64,000 nucleotides of DNA from Candidatus Woesearchaeota archaeon (GTDB lineage Archaea > Nanobdellota > Nanobdellia > Woesearchaeales > UBA583), in the NCBI GenBank assembly GCA_027858315.1, contig JAQICV010000092.1:334-64333 (forward strand). The letters run 5' to 3'. The notes under the pieces are model-generated. The model worked only from the letters and a program-made list of their open reading frames with translations, had not been told where the DNA came from and did not search any database. The position numbers and the translations under genes were made by a program. Below are positions 38,524 through 49,054 of the stretch, in pieces; within the stretch, counting starts at the first letter, position 1; each line of letters opens with the position of its first letter.

Positions 38524-41500
38524 TTGTCAAAATTTAAGTTAGCCGGGGATTTTGGATTTTTAGTTTTTTTTATTTTATTCTTAGTTTCTTCTATGTTTGC
38601 TGTTACTTATTTGACTTCAGAAGATGTTTTTGATGCAAAAATTTCATATGTGAATGATCAGAAATTACCTTATTCTATTATTCTTCAGATTGATAATAAA
38701 GTTTATGATGAGATTGAATTTGATGTTGAGATTATTTTTAAGAAAGAGAATTTAGTTGTTGGTTCTAAGAGATTTGAGTGTTATGGAAGTTGTGAAGAGA
38801 AAATTAATTTGAATAAAATTTTCTTTGATGATTACTTAGTTGAGGTTGTTGCAGATTATAATGGTAGGAGATACAAGAAGGAATTAGAGTTTGTGTTGAA
38901 TGAACCTGAGGCATCTTTTAGCGTTAATCTGGATCCATACTATTATATTGATGAAGGAAAGTTGTTTGTTGATGGAATAATTTTTTCTTCGGTTCCTAAT
39001 ATTCATTATTATTTAGATATTTTTCCTAAGTTGTATCCGGAAGTTAAAGATAGTTTTGATTTTTTTTGTGAGGATTTAATGTGCGATTTTAATTTTAATT
39101 TAACTTCAGATATTTTTATTGGAGATTATTTGGTGAATGTTTATTCGGAGTTAGATTCTTCACAAGAATCTTTTTCCACTTTTTTAATGAATAAATCTGT
39201 TGATATGGAGAATAATAATCTTAATGATAGTAAGAATAATTTTGTTAGTGATGATGTTATTTATGTTGAAGAGAATCAAAAAGAGGTTGACATTTTTGGT
39301 TCTTTGGATTTGATTGATTCATCAAAGGTTGTTTTAGAGTATTATCCTACTCAACATAATGAGAAAAGGGTAAAACAGATGATTGAGTGTGATGATAAAT
39401 GTGATTTTGTTTTAAATATTAAAAAACCTATTATTTTTGGAGATTATCAATTGAATGTTTATTTGCCTAATGGTGTTTTCTCTGATTCTTTTAGAATTGA
39501 TCCTATACTGAATGGAGAGAATGGATCTTCAGATGATGTTTCTGGAGATAATTTGAATGAATATATTAATGATTACTTTGATGAAGAAGAGTTTTTATAT
39601 TTGGAATGTGAGGGTGAGGAGTGTGTTGATGATGTTAAAATTGATTATAATTATTTTTTAAATGATAATTTTGATATTGATATTAATTCTAATTTTGATG
39701 TTAATAATTTGGAATTTATAGATTTACCCGATAGTGTTAATTTGGGAGATGAATTTGATTTTTCAATTTTAGTTGAGGATGGTATTGATTATAATAAACT
39801 GAGATTTCCTAAGTCTATTCAGCTGAGAAAGTCAGATTTTATAGATAAGGGCTTGGAGATTTTAGCAACTAAATTTTCCGATACTAAAAATAGTTTAAAA
39901 TATACAGGAGTTGCAGATTCTGAAGATGGAGAGTTTAAGATTTATGATTCATATGGAAATTTGTATTCTCAGTTTGAATTGAAGGTTAATGTTTCTTCTG
40001 ATGTGAAGAGGTTTGAATCTAAAAATAAAATTGATATAGTATCAATTAAAAATTTGGATAATGGTAAAAAAGATTTAGAAGTTACTAAAAATAATGGTAG
40101 GGTTAATTTTAAAGATGTTAGTCTTGAAGATATTGAAGTAGTGGAAGTTATTGATGTTAAAAATTTAAATGAGAGAATTAATTTAGATATGGTTTCGGAT
40201 GTTGTTCATGTCGAGGCAGATAATTTTGAACAGGCTCAAATTTCTTTAGAGAAAGTTGAATTCGTGAAAAATATTTTAGTTTGTAATGAATTTATTAATG
40301 AACAATGTATCTCTGGTTGGGAAGATTCGAATTTGATTTTTAGTCAAAATAATTCTCATGTCGAATTTAATGTAACTCATTTTAGTGCATATGTTGCAGA
40401 GGGTTCTTCTTATTCTTTTAATGTTGATTTCCAAGATTATTCTGATGTTTTGATATCTCAAGGTGGTTCAGATGTTATTAGTTTGAATGTTAGTTGTATT
40501 AGTGGTGATTGTGGGTTAATTGATGTTGGTTTGTATATGACTACTGGTTTTACTGGTTATGATTTTTATGAGGTTACTGGAAATAAGTATAATGAATTTT
40601 CTTGTAGTCAGAATCCTACTTTAGGTATTGATGATGGGATTAATGTTTATAATTTAGGGTTTGAGTTTCCTTTTTATAGTCAAGTTATTGGTTCTGTTGA
40701 TTCAGTTTATTTTGATACTAATGGAAGATTGTCTTTTGATGATAGTGCTTCAGATTATAACCCTACTGTAGCAGAGATGATAGCGGATGAGAATATTGCA
40801 TTTTTGTGGGCAGATTTGGGAGATGGGACTTATAATAATGAATATGCTTGTTTGGATCAAGGTGTAAATAAGAAGTATTCAGTTTTTAGAGTTGATTCTC
40901 AGTGGTATAATGGAGCAGGGGTTGCTCAGTCTGAGGTTGTTTTGTATAATAATGGTAATGTGAAAATTAATCATGGGACTGTTATTCCTAGAAGTGGTGG
41001 GTTCTATGGACTTAGTGCAGGAGATAATTCTAATTATGATTATTTTGCAACTGATGCTTCTGATTATTCAGATAAATCATATATGTTTTATTATAATAAA
41101 GGTAGTTTAGTTTCTACAATTCCTGCTACTTCTCCTTTCTGGACTGGTGCTTCTCAGACTCAACAAGTGAATTTGGCGGCAGGTGAGTCTATTATTGTAT
41201 CTTTTGATTTGAATGCAGTTGGTGCTGTTAATTTATATGAACTTTATGGAGTTGCTATTTCGAATTCAGATAATTCTCTTCGTTCACAGAGTGATGATTT
41301 AAATGTTTTCATATCAGATAATAATCCTCCTATTCTTAATCTGATTACTCCTATTGATGGGTATGTTGGTTCTTCAATTGAAAATATTATTTCTTTTGAT
41401 GCAAGTTTTACTGATGATACGTCTTTACTTGAGTCTGAGATTTTTGTATGGGATAATTTAGGGAATTTAATTTATAATGTCTCTGATAGTTTATCTGGTG

Positions 41501-44500
41501 TTGCTGATTCTAGTAGTTGGAATTTGGAGTTTGTGATGAGTGGAGACTATTTATGGAATGTTTTAGTTACTGATATTGGAGGTTCTAAATCTTGGGCAGT
41601 GAGTAATAGGAGTCTTGAGATTAAAATTCCAACATTGAATGTTAAGGCTTATCCAGTTAATTATTATGAGGTTTTGTATAATAATGAGGTTGAATATGAA
41701 GTTGAGGTTACTTGTGAGGGGAATGATTGTGGAGATATTAATGTAGATTTATTAATGGCAGAGGAGTATAATTTGTTTGATGATTTTCAGGGAGGTTTTG
41801 GTAATTGGCAAAATGTTGTAGGAGATGATGCAGATTGGACTTGGGATAGGGCAGGAACTACAACTGGGACGACAGGTCCTAGTATTGACCATAGCTTGGG
41901 TACAGCTACAGGATATTATTTGTACACTGAGGCTTCAAACCCGAATAATCCTAATAAGGATTTTTATTTGGAGAGTTTAGATATTAATGCTGATGATTAT
42001 TTGAATATTAATTATTGGTATCATATGTATGGCTCTAATATGGGTAGTTTATTTTTAGATGTTTTCGATGGTAATTCTTGGATTAATTTAGCATCCTATG
42101 TTGGTAATTTGGGGGATGTATGGTTTGAGGATAATTTATTTGCAGATATTTCAGAGAATATTCAAAAAGTTAGATTTTATGGATTGACAGGTAATGGATT
42201 TAGGAGTGATATGGCTATAGATGATGTAAGTCTTACTTATTCTAAGTTTGGTTTAGTGTCAGTTGGTAGTGGAACTCCTTTTTTTTCAAGGAATCAAAAT
42301 ACTTATACTTTCTCAAATATGCTTAAGGATGAGACTCGAACTTTTATATTTAGACTTAATGCAACTGGTGCTATAAATGTTTCAAATAATTTTAAAGTTT
42401 TGGCGTATTCAAATACTAATTCTTTATTAAACTATTCTTCTAATAAAACGACAATTAAAATTATTAATGATACTTTAATTGATGGTAAAGATTTGTTTTA
42501 TAACTCTACATTTGATTTATCTTCAGAAGTTGAATTGGAAATTAAAAAGAATGGTGTGAGTTTGAAGAGATTTAAAGTTCCAAATGGTAATTTTAGAACA
42601 AATCAAACTAGTAAAAATGATTTAGTTTTTTGGCCAATGGGAACTAGTGTTAAAAATATAGTTGTACCTAATTCTTATATTAAAGATGTGAGTATTGGTT
42701 TTGAGGAGGTTTCAACTTCTAAAGTTAATTTGCCTTATTTTGTATCTGATGTATTTGCAATTGACCCTCATTTTGCACCTGATGTTTTAACTTATAATAT
42801 TACTTTTACTGCAACTGGACATCAAGTGTATAAGTGTTCTAATTATAATTTTACAGCTCAAAATTGTTTCGGTGGATATGTAAAAATTTTAGATACAATT
42901 CCTGGACAAGAGTATACTATTGAACTTACTCCAACAGATCCTATTATTGCACAAGTTTCTGATTATGTTTTGTCTCCTACAGGTGCATCTTGTCAAGAGA
43001 ATGGTAATGGTTGGGATTCTTTGAATTGTGATGATATTTCTTATACTGGTTCTAAATTATGCCCTTCTGGAGTGGGAGGTGAATTTGCTTTTTGTGATGA
43101 TACTTATATGGAGATTCATTCTATGAGTAGAGATTTAGATGGAGGTGTTCAGATGTATTTTGAGGATTTGACCCAGAGTAAATGTGAGGAAATTATTAAA
43201 GTAGAGTTACTTTACAAAGTATGGTTTGCAACAGATGATCTTACATATAAAGGTATTGAACAAATTTTAATAGATGCTGATGGAGATGGTTATTCTGTAG
43301 TTGGTGCAATTATTGATTTTTCTGAACCTGTAAGTAATAGAGTTCTTGATGTAACGAATGCTTTACCAGTTGGAGAATATTGGAATTGCTCAGATTTTTT
43401 TTCGGATACTTCAACAGCTAGTGCTGAAGCTTTTTATGGTGGTGCTGGTGCTAGAAATTCAGGAACATATGCTATTAATGTAGATACTTTAGTTTATAGG
43501 GTAACTTATAATTATTCTAAATCTGCTATAGAGACTTTATTTACTATTTATGAACAGTCAGAAATTGTAGATATATTAGGTTCTCAAGTTTGGGATTCTG
43601 GTGCTTATGCAAATGTTTCAATTATTGATAGTCTAGGTGCTATTACATACTTGCCTTTGGTTCTAGTTAATGCTTCTAATGAGTTTGATATTTCTTATAC
43701 TCTTGGTGATTATGCGCCAATAGGTATATATAATATTACTGCTTTTCAAGTTAACGATACTTCTATTAATGAAACTGCTAGTTTTGAAGTTATTAGGAGG
43801 ACTCCTATAGCGAATCCTGGTGATTTCTTTTTTGCACCTGGTGAGACTATAATCTTTACAGGATCTAAATGGCTAAAGTCTGGAGTTGTTAATGTTTCTC
43901 AAATTTATCCTGGTGGTTTACTTAGTCCTACTTATTCAGGTTTTGTTAATACAGATTCTTCAGGAAATTTTATTTATAATCATGTTCAACCTGATGATTT
44001 GATATCTGATACTGGAGAGTATATTTTTAATTTTAGTGAGAATTTAAATGCTTCTTATTTTGATGAAGTTGGAGTTAATCTAATTTTTAGACCTAATAGT
44101 GCTTCAAATCTTAGTGAGATTAATAAGAGTGATGGTCAGGTATTTAATGTTGGTGGTTCGGGAGCAACTGAAACATTGACTTTTGGTTTCCCTCCAGTAT
44201 TGCCTTCAAGTGGAGCAATATTAGATAGTTATGAAGTTTTATTAGAATATGCTACTGGAGGTACTACAACTAGAAATGTTGAATGGTTAAATGACACTAG
44301 TGGTTTGTATCAAGTTGCATGTACTGTGCCTGAAGGTTCTTTAACATATTCTTGTGATTTGACAAATTATGTTAAATTTAATAATGATTTTAATTCTGTT
44401 AATGTTAGATTGATTGAATATGGTGGCCCAGCTGAAGATTGGTATGTGAATTTTGTTTATGTTATGAGAAACTTTACTATTAATCCTCCTTTTGTTGAGA

Positions 44501-46848
44501 ATATTTTCCCTTTAAATAATACTTGGAGTAATGTTGAAGTTTATCAAAATTTCACTTATAATGTTACTAATGGTTTTTTTAATATGAGTCATTGTGAGTT
44601 ATATATTGATGATATTTTGGAGGATACAGATATTTCTATTACTAATGATGTGGATCAATATTTTAATATTAATCATTACTTTGTTGAGGGCAATCATAGT
44701 TGGTATGTTTCTTGTATTGAGGATTCTTCTAAGTTGCAGAGAGGAAATTCATCTAAATTTTTATTTTATGTAGATAAGACTACACCTAATGTTTCTTTAA
44801 TATCGCCATTGAATGATTCTTTTATTAATCAACAAAATATTAGTTTTGCTGCAAATTTTTCTGATTTAATGTTATTGGCTAATGCAACTTTATATGTTTG
44901 GGATGATTTAGGTCTTTTGTTGGGTACTAATTTTACTAGTATTTCTGGGACTTATAATTCTACTAATTTAAGTTTTAATTTCTTGACTGAGGGAACTTAT
45001 TATTGGAATTATTTAGTTTATGATTATGTAGGAAATAGTGTTTTTGCATTAAATAATTTTACAATTAACATAGATTTAATTAATCCTAATGTGACAATTA
45101 TTTCTCCTGTGAATCTTACGAAATCTAATGTTTTGAAGCAATTATTTGTTGCTAATTTTACTGATGATTTTGGTTTGAAAAATGCAACTCTAAGAGTTTA
45201 TGATTCAGTTGGTGCTTTGTTGGGTACAAATTTTACTAGTCTTTCTGGGCTTTCAGATTCTGTTAACTTGAGTTTTGATTTTGCTGGAGAGGGAATTTAT
45301 TATTGGAATTATCTGGTTTATGATGAGGCAGGTAATTTTAATGTTTTGAATGAGAATATTACCTTGTATCTTGATACAACTCTTCCAGTTGTAAATTTGA
45401 CATCGCCTTTGAATGCTTCTTTTGGTAATTATGTTCAATTGTTTTTAGGAAATTTTAGTGATAATGTTGCTTTGTGGAATTCAACTTTGCATGTTTGGAA
45501 TGAGACTGGTTCTTTGATATATTTGAATGATTCAATTGTTTTTGGGACTTTTAATTCTTCAAATCTTCAAATTGATTTTGTTGTGGAAGGTGCTTATTAT
45601 TGGAATTATTTAGTTTATGATGAAGCAGGGAATTATGCTTGGAATAGTGTTAATTATACTTTAATTATTGATTTGACTCCACCTATGATTGAGCTGGTTT
45701 CTCCAGAGAATGATACTGCTGTTAATATTAGTAAGAATTTTTTTGTTGGTAATTTTACTGATATTGTTGGATTGAAAAATTTTAGTCTTTTGGTTTATAA
45801 TTCTACTGGAGATTTAATTGGTGTTAACACTTCATTAATTTCTGGAAAATTTAATCAATCTAATTTGAGTTTTATTTTTCCTTATTCAGGGAAATTTAAA
45901 TGGACTTTTATTGCTTGTGATTTAGCAGCTAATTGCAATACTAGTATTTTGAATAGAACTATTTATATTGATTATATTGCACCTAAAATTTCTTTTATTC
46001 CAATTACTGATGCTAATAATAGTTACGTGAATAGATCTTGGACTTATATTAATGTTTCAATTTATGATTTGGTTCTAGATACTGTTACTTTAGAATTTGA
46101 TGGGGTGAATGAAACTATGTCTTGTACTGGTTCAACTCCTGATTATGTTTGTGGTATTAATAAGAGTATGTTAAAGAATAATCTATATACTTACAAAGTT
46201 TATGCTAATGATAGTTTAGGTAATATGAATGTTTCAGAGTTGAGATATATTAATATTAATAGAACTTTGCCAGTAATTACTGTTATTTTCCCTATTGATG
46301 GTATGAAGATTAGTTATGATGATATTATTGATTTTAATGTTACTACTTTGGTTGAGGCTGATAATGTATGGATGGAGTTTGATGCGAATTCTACTATTTA
46401 TAATTTGAATCAATATGCGCTTAAGAATTGGATTTTCACTTTAGCGAATCTTACTAGTGGTACTCGAAATTTAGTCTTTTATGCTAATGATTCTGTTGAT
46501 AATAGAGTAAATGCTTCGATTAGTTTTTATGTTATTCCTAATAAAAATATTGAAGTTAATAAAAGTATAACTTATTTGGGTGTTAATGCTTATACTGTTT
46601 TGATTAATATTACTAATTATGGAACTTATCAAGATTATATTTTCCATGACTTTATCGATTCTAATTTTAATTATTATGATTTGAGTTTGATTAATTCAGG
46701 ATTCTCAGCTATAGCTGGGACTTATGATGGTGATATGCTTACTTGGAATTTATCTCTTAATCAATTTGATTCTCAGACTATTTTATATAAGATGAATGGG
46801 ACTTCAGATTATAATTTGCTTGAGAATTTTGTTGTTGGGATGGATTAG
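38524..46848 (+). CDS. Giant 2774-aa surface adhesin-like protein (NIDO-like, MAM, tandem Ig-like repeats, shared C-terminal domain)
   Basis: N-terminal hydrophobic segment; LGFEFPFY..TNGRLSF..IAFLWADL; MAM motif DW...GTTGPSIDH..GYYLYTEAS..YHMYG..MG..D.AIDD; repeated YYWNYLVYD units; ends NFVVGMD. Confidence 0.85.
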   Translation: MSKFKLAGDFGFLVFFILFLVSSMFAVTYLTSEDVFDAKISYVNDQKLPYSIILQIDNKVYDEIEFDVEIIFKKENLVVGSKRFECYGSCEEKINLNKIFFDDYLVEVVADYNGRRYKKELEFVLNEPEASFSVNLDPYYYIDEGKLFVDGIIFSSVPNIHYYLDIFPKLYPEVKDSFDFFCEDLMCDFNFNLTSDIFIGDYLVNVYSELDSSQESFSTFLMNKSVDMENNNLNDSKNNFVSDDVIYVEENQKEVDIFGSLDLIDSSKVVLEYYPTQHNEKRVKQMIECDDKCDFVLNIKKPIIFGDYQLNVYLPNGVFSDSFRIDPILNGENGSSDDVSGDNLNEYINDYFDEEEFLYLECEGEECVDDVKIDYNYFLNDNFDIDINSNFDVNNLEFIDLPDSVNLGDEFDFSILVEDGIDYNKLRFPKSIQLRKSDFIDKGLEILATKFSDTKNSLKYTGVADSEDGEFKIYDSYGNLYSQFELKVNVSSDVKRFESKNKIDIVSIKNLDNGKKDLEVTKNNGRVNFKDVSLEDIEVVEVIDVKNLNERINLDMVSDVVHVEADNFEQAQISLEKVEFVKNILVCNEFINEQCISGWEDSNLIFSQNNSHVEFNVTHFSAYVAEGSSYSFNVDFQDYSDVLISQGGSDVISLNVSCISGDCGLIDVGLYMTTGFTGYDFYEVTGNKYNEFSCSQNPTLGIDDGINVYNLGFEFPFYSQVIGSVDSVYFDTNGRLSFDDSASDYNPTVAEMIADENIAFLWADLGDGTYNNEYACLDQGVNKKYSVFRVDSQWYNGAGVAQSEVVLYNNGNVKINHGTVIPRSGGFYGLSAGDNSNYDYFATDASDYSDKSYMFYYNKGSLVSTIPATSPFWTGASQTQQVNLAAGESIIVSFDLNAVGAVNLYELYGVAISNSDNSLRSQSDDLNVFISDNNPPILNLITPIDGYVGSSIENIISFDASFTDDTSLLESEIFVWDNLGNLIYNVSDSLSGVADSSSWNLEFVMSGDYLWNVLVTDIGGSKSWAVSNRSLEIKIPTLNVKAYPVNYYEVLYNNEVEYEVEVTCEGNDCGDINVDLLMAEEYNLFDDFQGGFGNWQNVVGDDADWTWDRAGTTTGTTGPSIDHSLGTATGYYLYTEASNPNNPNKDFYLESLDINADDYLNINYWYHMYGSNMGSLFLDVFDGNSWINLASYVGNLGDVWFEDNLFADISENIQKVRFYGLTGNGFRSDMAIDDVSLTYSKFGLVSVGSGTPFFSRNQNTYTFSNMLKDETRTFIFRLNATGAINVSNNFKVLAYSNTNSLLNYSSNKTTIKIINDTLIDGKDLFYNSTFDLSSEVELEIKKNGVSLKRFKVPNGNFRTNQTSKNDLVFWPMGTSVKNIVVPNSYIKDVSIGFEEVSTSKVNLPYFVSDVFAIDPHFAPDVLTYNITFTATGHQVYKCSNYNFTAQNCFGGYVKILDTIPGQEYTIELTPTDPIIAQVSDYVLSPTGASCQENGNGWDSLNCDDISYTGSKLCPSGVGGEFAFCDDTYMEIHSMSRDLDGGVQMYFEDLTQSKCEEIIKVELLYKVWFATDDLTYKGIEQILIDADGDGYSVVGAIIDFSEPVSNRVLDVTNALPVGEYWNCSDFFSDTSTASAEAFYGGAGARNSGTYAINVDTLVYRVTYNYSKSAIETLFTIYEQSEIVDILGSQVWDSGAYANVSIIDSLGAITYLPLVLVNASNEFDISYTLGDYAPIGIYNITAFQVNDTSINETASFEVIRRTPIANPGDFFFAPGETIIFTGSKWLKSGVVNVSQIYPGGLLSPTYSGFVNTDSSGNFIYNHVQPDDLISDTGEYIFNFSENLNASYFDEVGVNLIFRPNSASNLSEINKSDGQVFNVGGSGATETLTFGFPPVLPSSGAILDSYEVLLEYATGGTTTRNVEWLNDTSGLYQVACTVPEGSLTYSCDLTNYVKFNNDFNSVNVRLIEYGGPAEDWYVNFVYVMRNFTINPPFVENIFPLNNTWSNVEVYQNFTYNVTNGFFNMSHCELYIDDILEDTDISITNDVDQYFNINHYFVEGNHSWYVSCIEDSSKLQRGNSSKFLFYVDKTTPNVSLISPLNDSFINQQNISFAANFSDLMLLANATLYVWDDLGLLLGTNFTSISGTYNSTNLSFNFLTEGTYYWNYLVYDYVGNSVFALNNFTINIDLINPNVTIISPVNLTKSNVLKQLFVANFTDDFGLKNATLRVYDSVGALLGTNFTSLSGLSDSVNLSFDFAGEGIYYWNYLVYDEAGNFNVLNENITLYLDTTLPVVNLTSPLNASFGNYVQLFLGNFSDNVALWNSTLHVWNETGSLIYLNDSIVFGTFNSSNLQIDFVVEGAYYWNYLVYDEAGNYAWNSVNYTLIIDLTPPMIELVSPENDTAVNISKNFFVGNFTDIVGLKNFSLLVYNSTGDLIGVNTSLISGKFNQSNLSFIFPYSGKFKWTFIACDLAANCNTSILNRTIYIDYIAPKISFIPITDANNSYVNRSWTYINVSIYDLVLDTVTLEFDGVNETMSCTGSTPDYVCGINKSMLKNNLYTYKVYANDSLGNMNVSELRYININRTLPVITVIFPIDGMKISYDDIIDFNVTTLVEADNVWMEFDANSTIYNLNQYALKNWIFTLANLTSGTRNLVFYANDSVDNRVNASISFYVIPNKNIEVNKSITYLGVNAYTVLINITNYGTYQDYIFHDFIDSNFNYYDLSLINSGFSAIAGTYDGDMLTWNLSLNQFDSQTILYKMNGTSDYNLLENFVVGMD
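44780..45980 (+). repeat. About four tandem ~99-codon Ig-like repeats inside the giant adhesin
   Basis: Recurrent D.T.P.V.L.SP.N...F.ANF.D...L.NATL.V....G.L.....S.NL.F.F..EG.YYWNYLVYD; nucleotide similarity e.g. TTGGGTACWAATTTTACTAGT. Confidence 0.8.
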
Positions 46849-46885
46849 AGATAGTTTTATATAATTGTATTGTTTATGTTTGAAT

Positions 46886-47152
46886 ATGAATGATATTATA
46901 GTTGATTATTTGTTTGATGGATTTAAAAGGTTTGCTAAATGTGATTCGAATTTAATTGGAGGAGATATAATTTTATATTCAAATGGAAGATATGTTCAGG
47001 CAGCTTATGAGTCTGAAACTTTCACTCTATTTGCATTACCTAGTTTTGATATAATTTCTGCGACAGATAGTTTGGACTTTTTTATAAAAGAGTATGTTGA
47101 GAATAGTAATAATTCTAGAGTTAAATCTTTAGTTTCTAAATTTAGAGTATGA
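46886..47152 (+). CDS. Small hypothetical protein
   Basis: Short ORF, ATG at 46886. Confidence 0.45.
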   Translation: MNDIIVDYLFDGFKRFAKCDSNLIGGDIILYSNGRYVQAAYESETFTLFALPSFDIISATDSLDFFIKEYVENSNNSRVKSLVSKFRV

Positions 47153-47195
47153 ATTTATTTTTTTAATAATTATGAGAATTTTACTTTTTAACTCA

Positions 47196-47214
47196 TCACA
47201 AATAAAATTTGTGA
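47196..47214. terminator. Inverted repeat between convergent genes
   Basis: TCACAAAT-AAA-ATTTGTGA. Confidence 0.3.
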
Positions 47215-47239
47215 CATTTTAATTCATTAATTGTTAATT

Positions 47240-47680
47240 TTATTCTTTTAAGAATTCGTGTAAAATCTTTTTTAATTCATTAATTGTTCTTTTACTGATT
47301 TTTTCTAGGTCATCTTTTGTTGCAAAATTCATTGGATCCCAAAGGTCAATGTATTTTTCTAATTTGGTTACTTCATCTTTTGTTGACATTAGTTTTAGTT
47401 GTTTAGTGATTTTAGAATTATAGTCTTTTATGTCAGCAACTTCTTCTTTTAGATCTCTTAAGTCTGTTCTAATTATATTCATATCATTGAATATTTTTTT
47501 AAAATTTTTAATTGAGTTATGGTCAATTAATTCGATTTTTTCATTAACAATATCTAGAGAACTTTCAAGGTCTTTTTGTCTCTCGACAACTGTTAAAATT
47601 GCTTTGGAATGAGTATCTACTTTATCTTTGAATTCAGTTTTTTCTTTTTCTCCTCCTGAACTAAATATATTTGAACTCAT
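47240..47680 (-). CDS. Coiled-coil hypothetical protein
   Basis: Heptad pattern, ends with LEKYIDLWDP motif; overlaps the GT4 stop. Confidence 0.65.
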   Translation of the reverse strand: MSSNIFSSGGEKEKTEFKDKVDTHSKAILTVVERQKDLESSLDIVNEKIELIDHNSIKNFKKIFNDMNIIRTDLRDLKEEVADIKDYNSKITKQLKLMSTKDEVTKLEKYIDLWDPMNFATKDDLEKISKRTINELKKILHEFLKE

Positions 47681-48936
47681 CTTCTTGATATTTCGTGATA
47701 TATGTTATAAATTTTTTGTGCTGGTAAATCCCAACTGAATTTGTCAAAGTTTCTATGTGCTTCTTCTCTTATGTGGGAGTGAAGAGGTTCATATCTTAAA
47801 AGTGAGATTATTTTATTTGCCATTTCTTCAGTGTCCCAAAAGTCTACTTTGAATGAATGGTCTAATACTTCGCTTATTCCTGATTGTTTTGATATAATTG
47901 TAGGTGTTCCTTTTGCAACTGCTTCAAGAGGTACTAATCCGAAAGGTTCTGATACTGAAGGCATAACAAAACAGTCTGCAGTTCCGAAAAGTATGTCTGC
48001 TTCTTTTCTTGTATATACTCCAAAAAATAATAAGTTTTTTCCAATATCTAATTCTGCTCCAAGTTCTATCATTTTTGGAAGCATGTCTCCACTTCCTGCC
48101 ATTATGAATTTTGTATTTGGTTCGTAGTCTAAAACTTTTCTTGCTGCTCTTACAAAAAATTCCGGACCTTTTTGTGTTGTAATTCTTCCTGCAAAGAGAA
48201 CAATCTTGTCTTCTTTTTTTACAACATTTTGTCTTTCAAGTGTTGGTCTTAAATCAGATACTCCACCATTGTGTACTACTCTGATTTTCTCAGAATTAAT
48301 TCCATAGTTGTTGTTTAATCTATCTTTTACAAAATTACTTACTGCAAGTAATACATCAGCTCTCTCAAATCCTTCTTTTTCTATTTTGAAAATTTCAGGG
48401 TTTGCACCGGCACCACCTGTTTTGTCAAATTCAGTGATGTGAACATGAAGTATCACTGGTTTTCCTGTAAGTTCTTTTAGAAGTAAAGCTGCAGGGATTG
48501 ATGTCCAATCATGAGCATGAATTACGTCAAAATCATCATTCATACATAGGGCTGCGACTCTTTTTGCATAAAGATAAACCTCTTTTAAAATGTTTGGTCC
48601 ATATAAATCTTTTAGATTTTTATCTTCACAAAATTCAGACTCGTTTCTTAGTATATTTTGGAATCTACTTCTATATGTTGAAAATGAATCATAAGCATAT
48701 AATAGTGTATCTACATTTTTTATTTTTAGGTCAAAATCTATATTTTTTATTGGCTGATTTGCGGACCTAATTTTTAGTTTAGAACTATGTTGTTTTTCCT
48801 TAGGTCCATATGGCATGATGTAAGTTATGTCAATGTTGTCAATTTTACTCAAAGATTTTGTTAGTTCATAGCAGGCAATACCTAAACCTCCTGCAAAATA
48901 TGGTGGGAACTCCCAACCTAACATTAAAACTTTCAT
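47677..48936 (-). CDS. Glycosyltransferase family 4 (glycogen-associated type)
   Basis: MKVLMLGWEFPP..AGGLG, DVIHAHDW, F.GRIT.QKG, VMPSVSEPFG..PLEA. Confidence 0.92.
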   Translation of the reverse strand: MKVLMLGWEFPPYFAGGLGIACYELTKSLSKIDNIDITYIMPYGPKEKQHSSKLKIRSANQPIKNIDFDLKIKNVDTLLYAYDSFSTYRSRFQNILRNESEFCEDKNLKDLYGPNILKEVYLYAKRVAALCMNDDFDVIHAHDWTSIPAALLLKELTGKPVILHVHITEFDKTGGAGANPEIFKIEKEGFERADVLLAVSNFVKDRLNNNYGINSEKIRVVHNGGVSDLRPTLERQNVVKKEDKIVLFAGRITTQKGPEFFVRAARKVLDYEPNTKFIMAGSGDMLPKMIELGAELDIGKNLLFFGVYTRKEADILFGTADCFVMPSVSEPFGLVPLEAVAKGTPTIISKQSGISEVLDHSFKVDFWDTEEMANKIISLLRYEPLHSHIREEAHRNFDKFSWDLPAQKIYNIYHEISRR

Positions 48937-49054
48937 TTAATAATACATATTATAAATTGTTTATACAATTTAGTCTTTACTGTTGAATTAAAATATATTA
49001 GGACTTGCTTTTAGAGTTACGAAATGTTTTCATAAAGATTACACATTTAGTTCT

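Noticed and set aside
3452..46848. Diversity-generating retroelement acting on the adhesins
   Set aside because: No reverse transcriptase and no TR/VR pair with adenine-specific differences seen in the window
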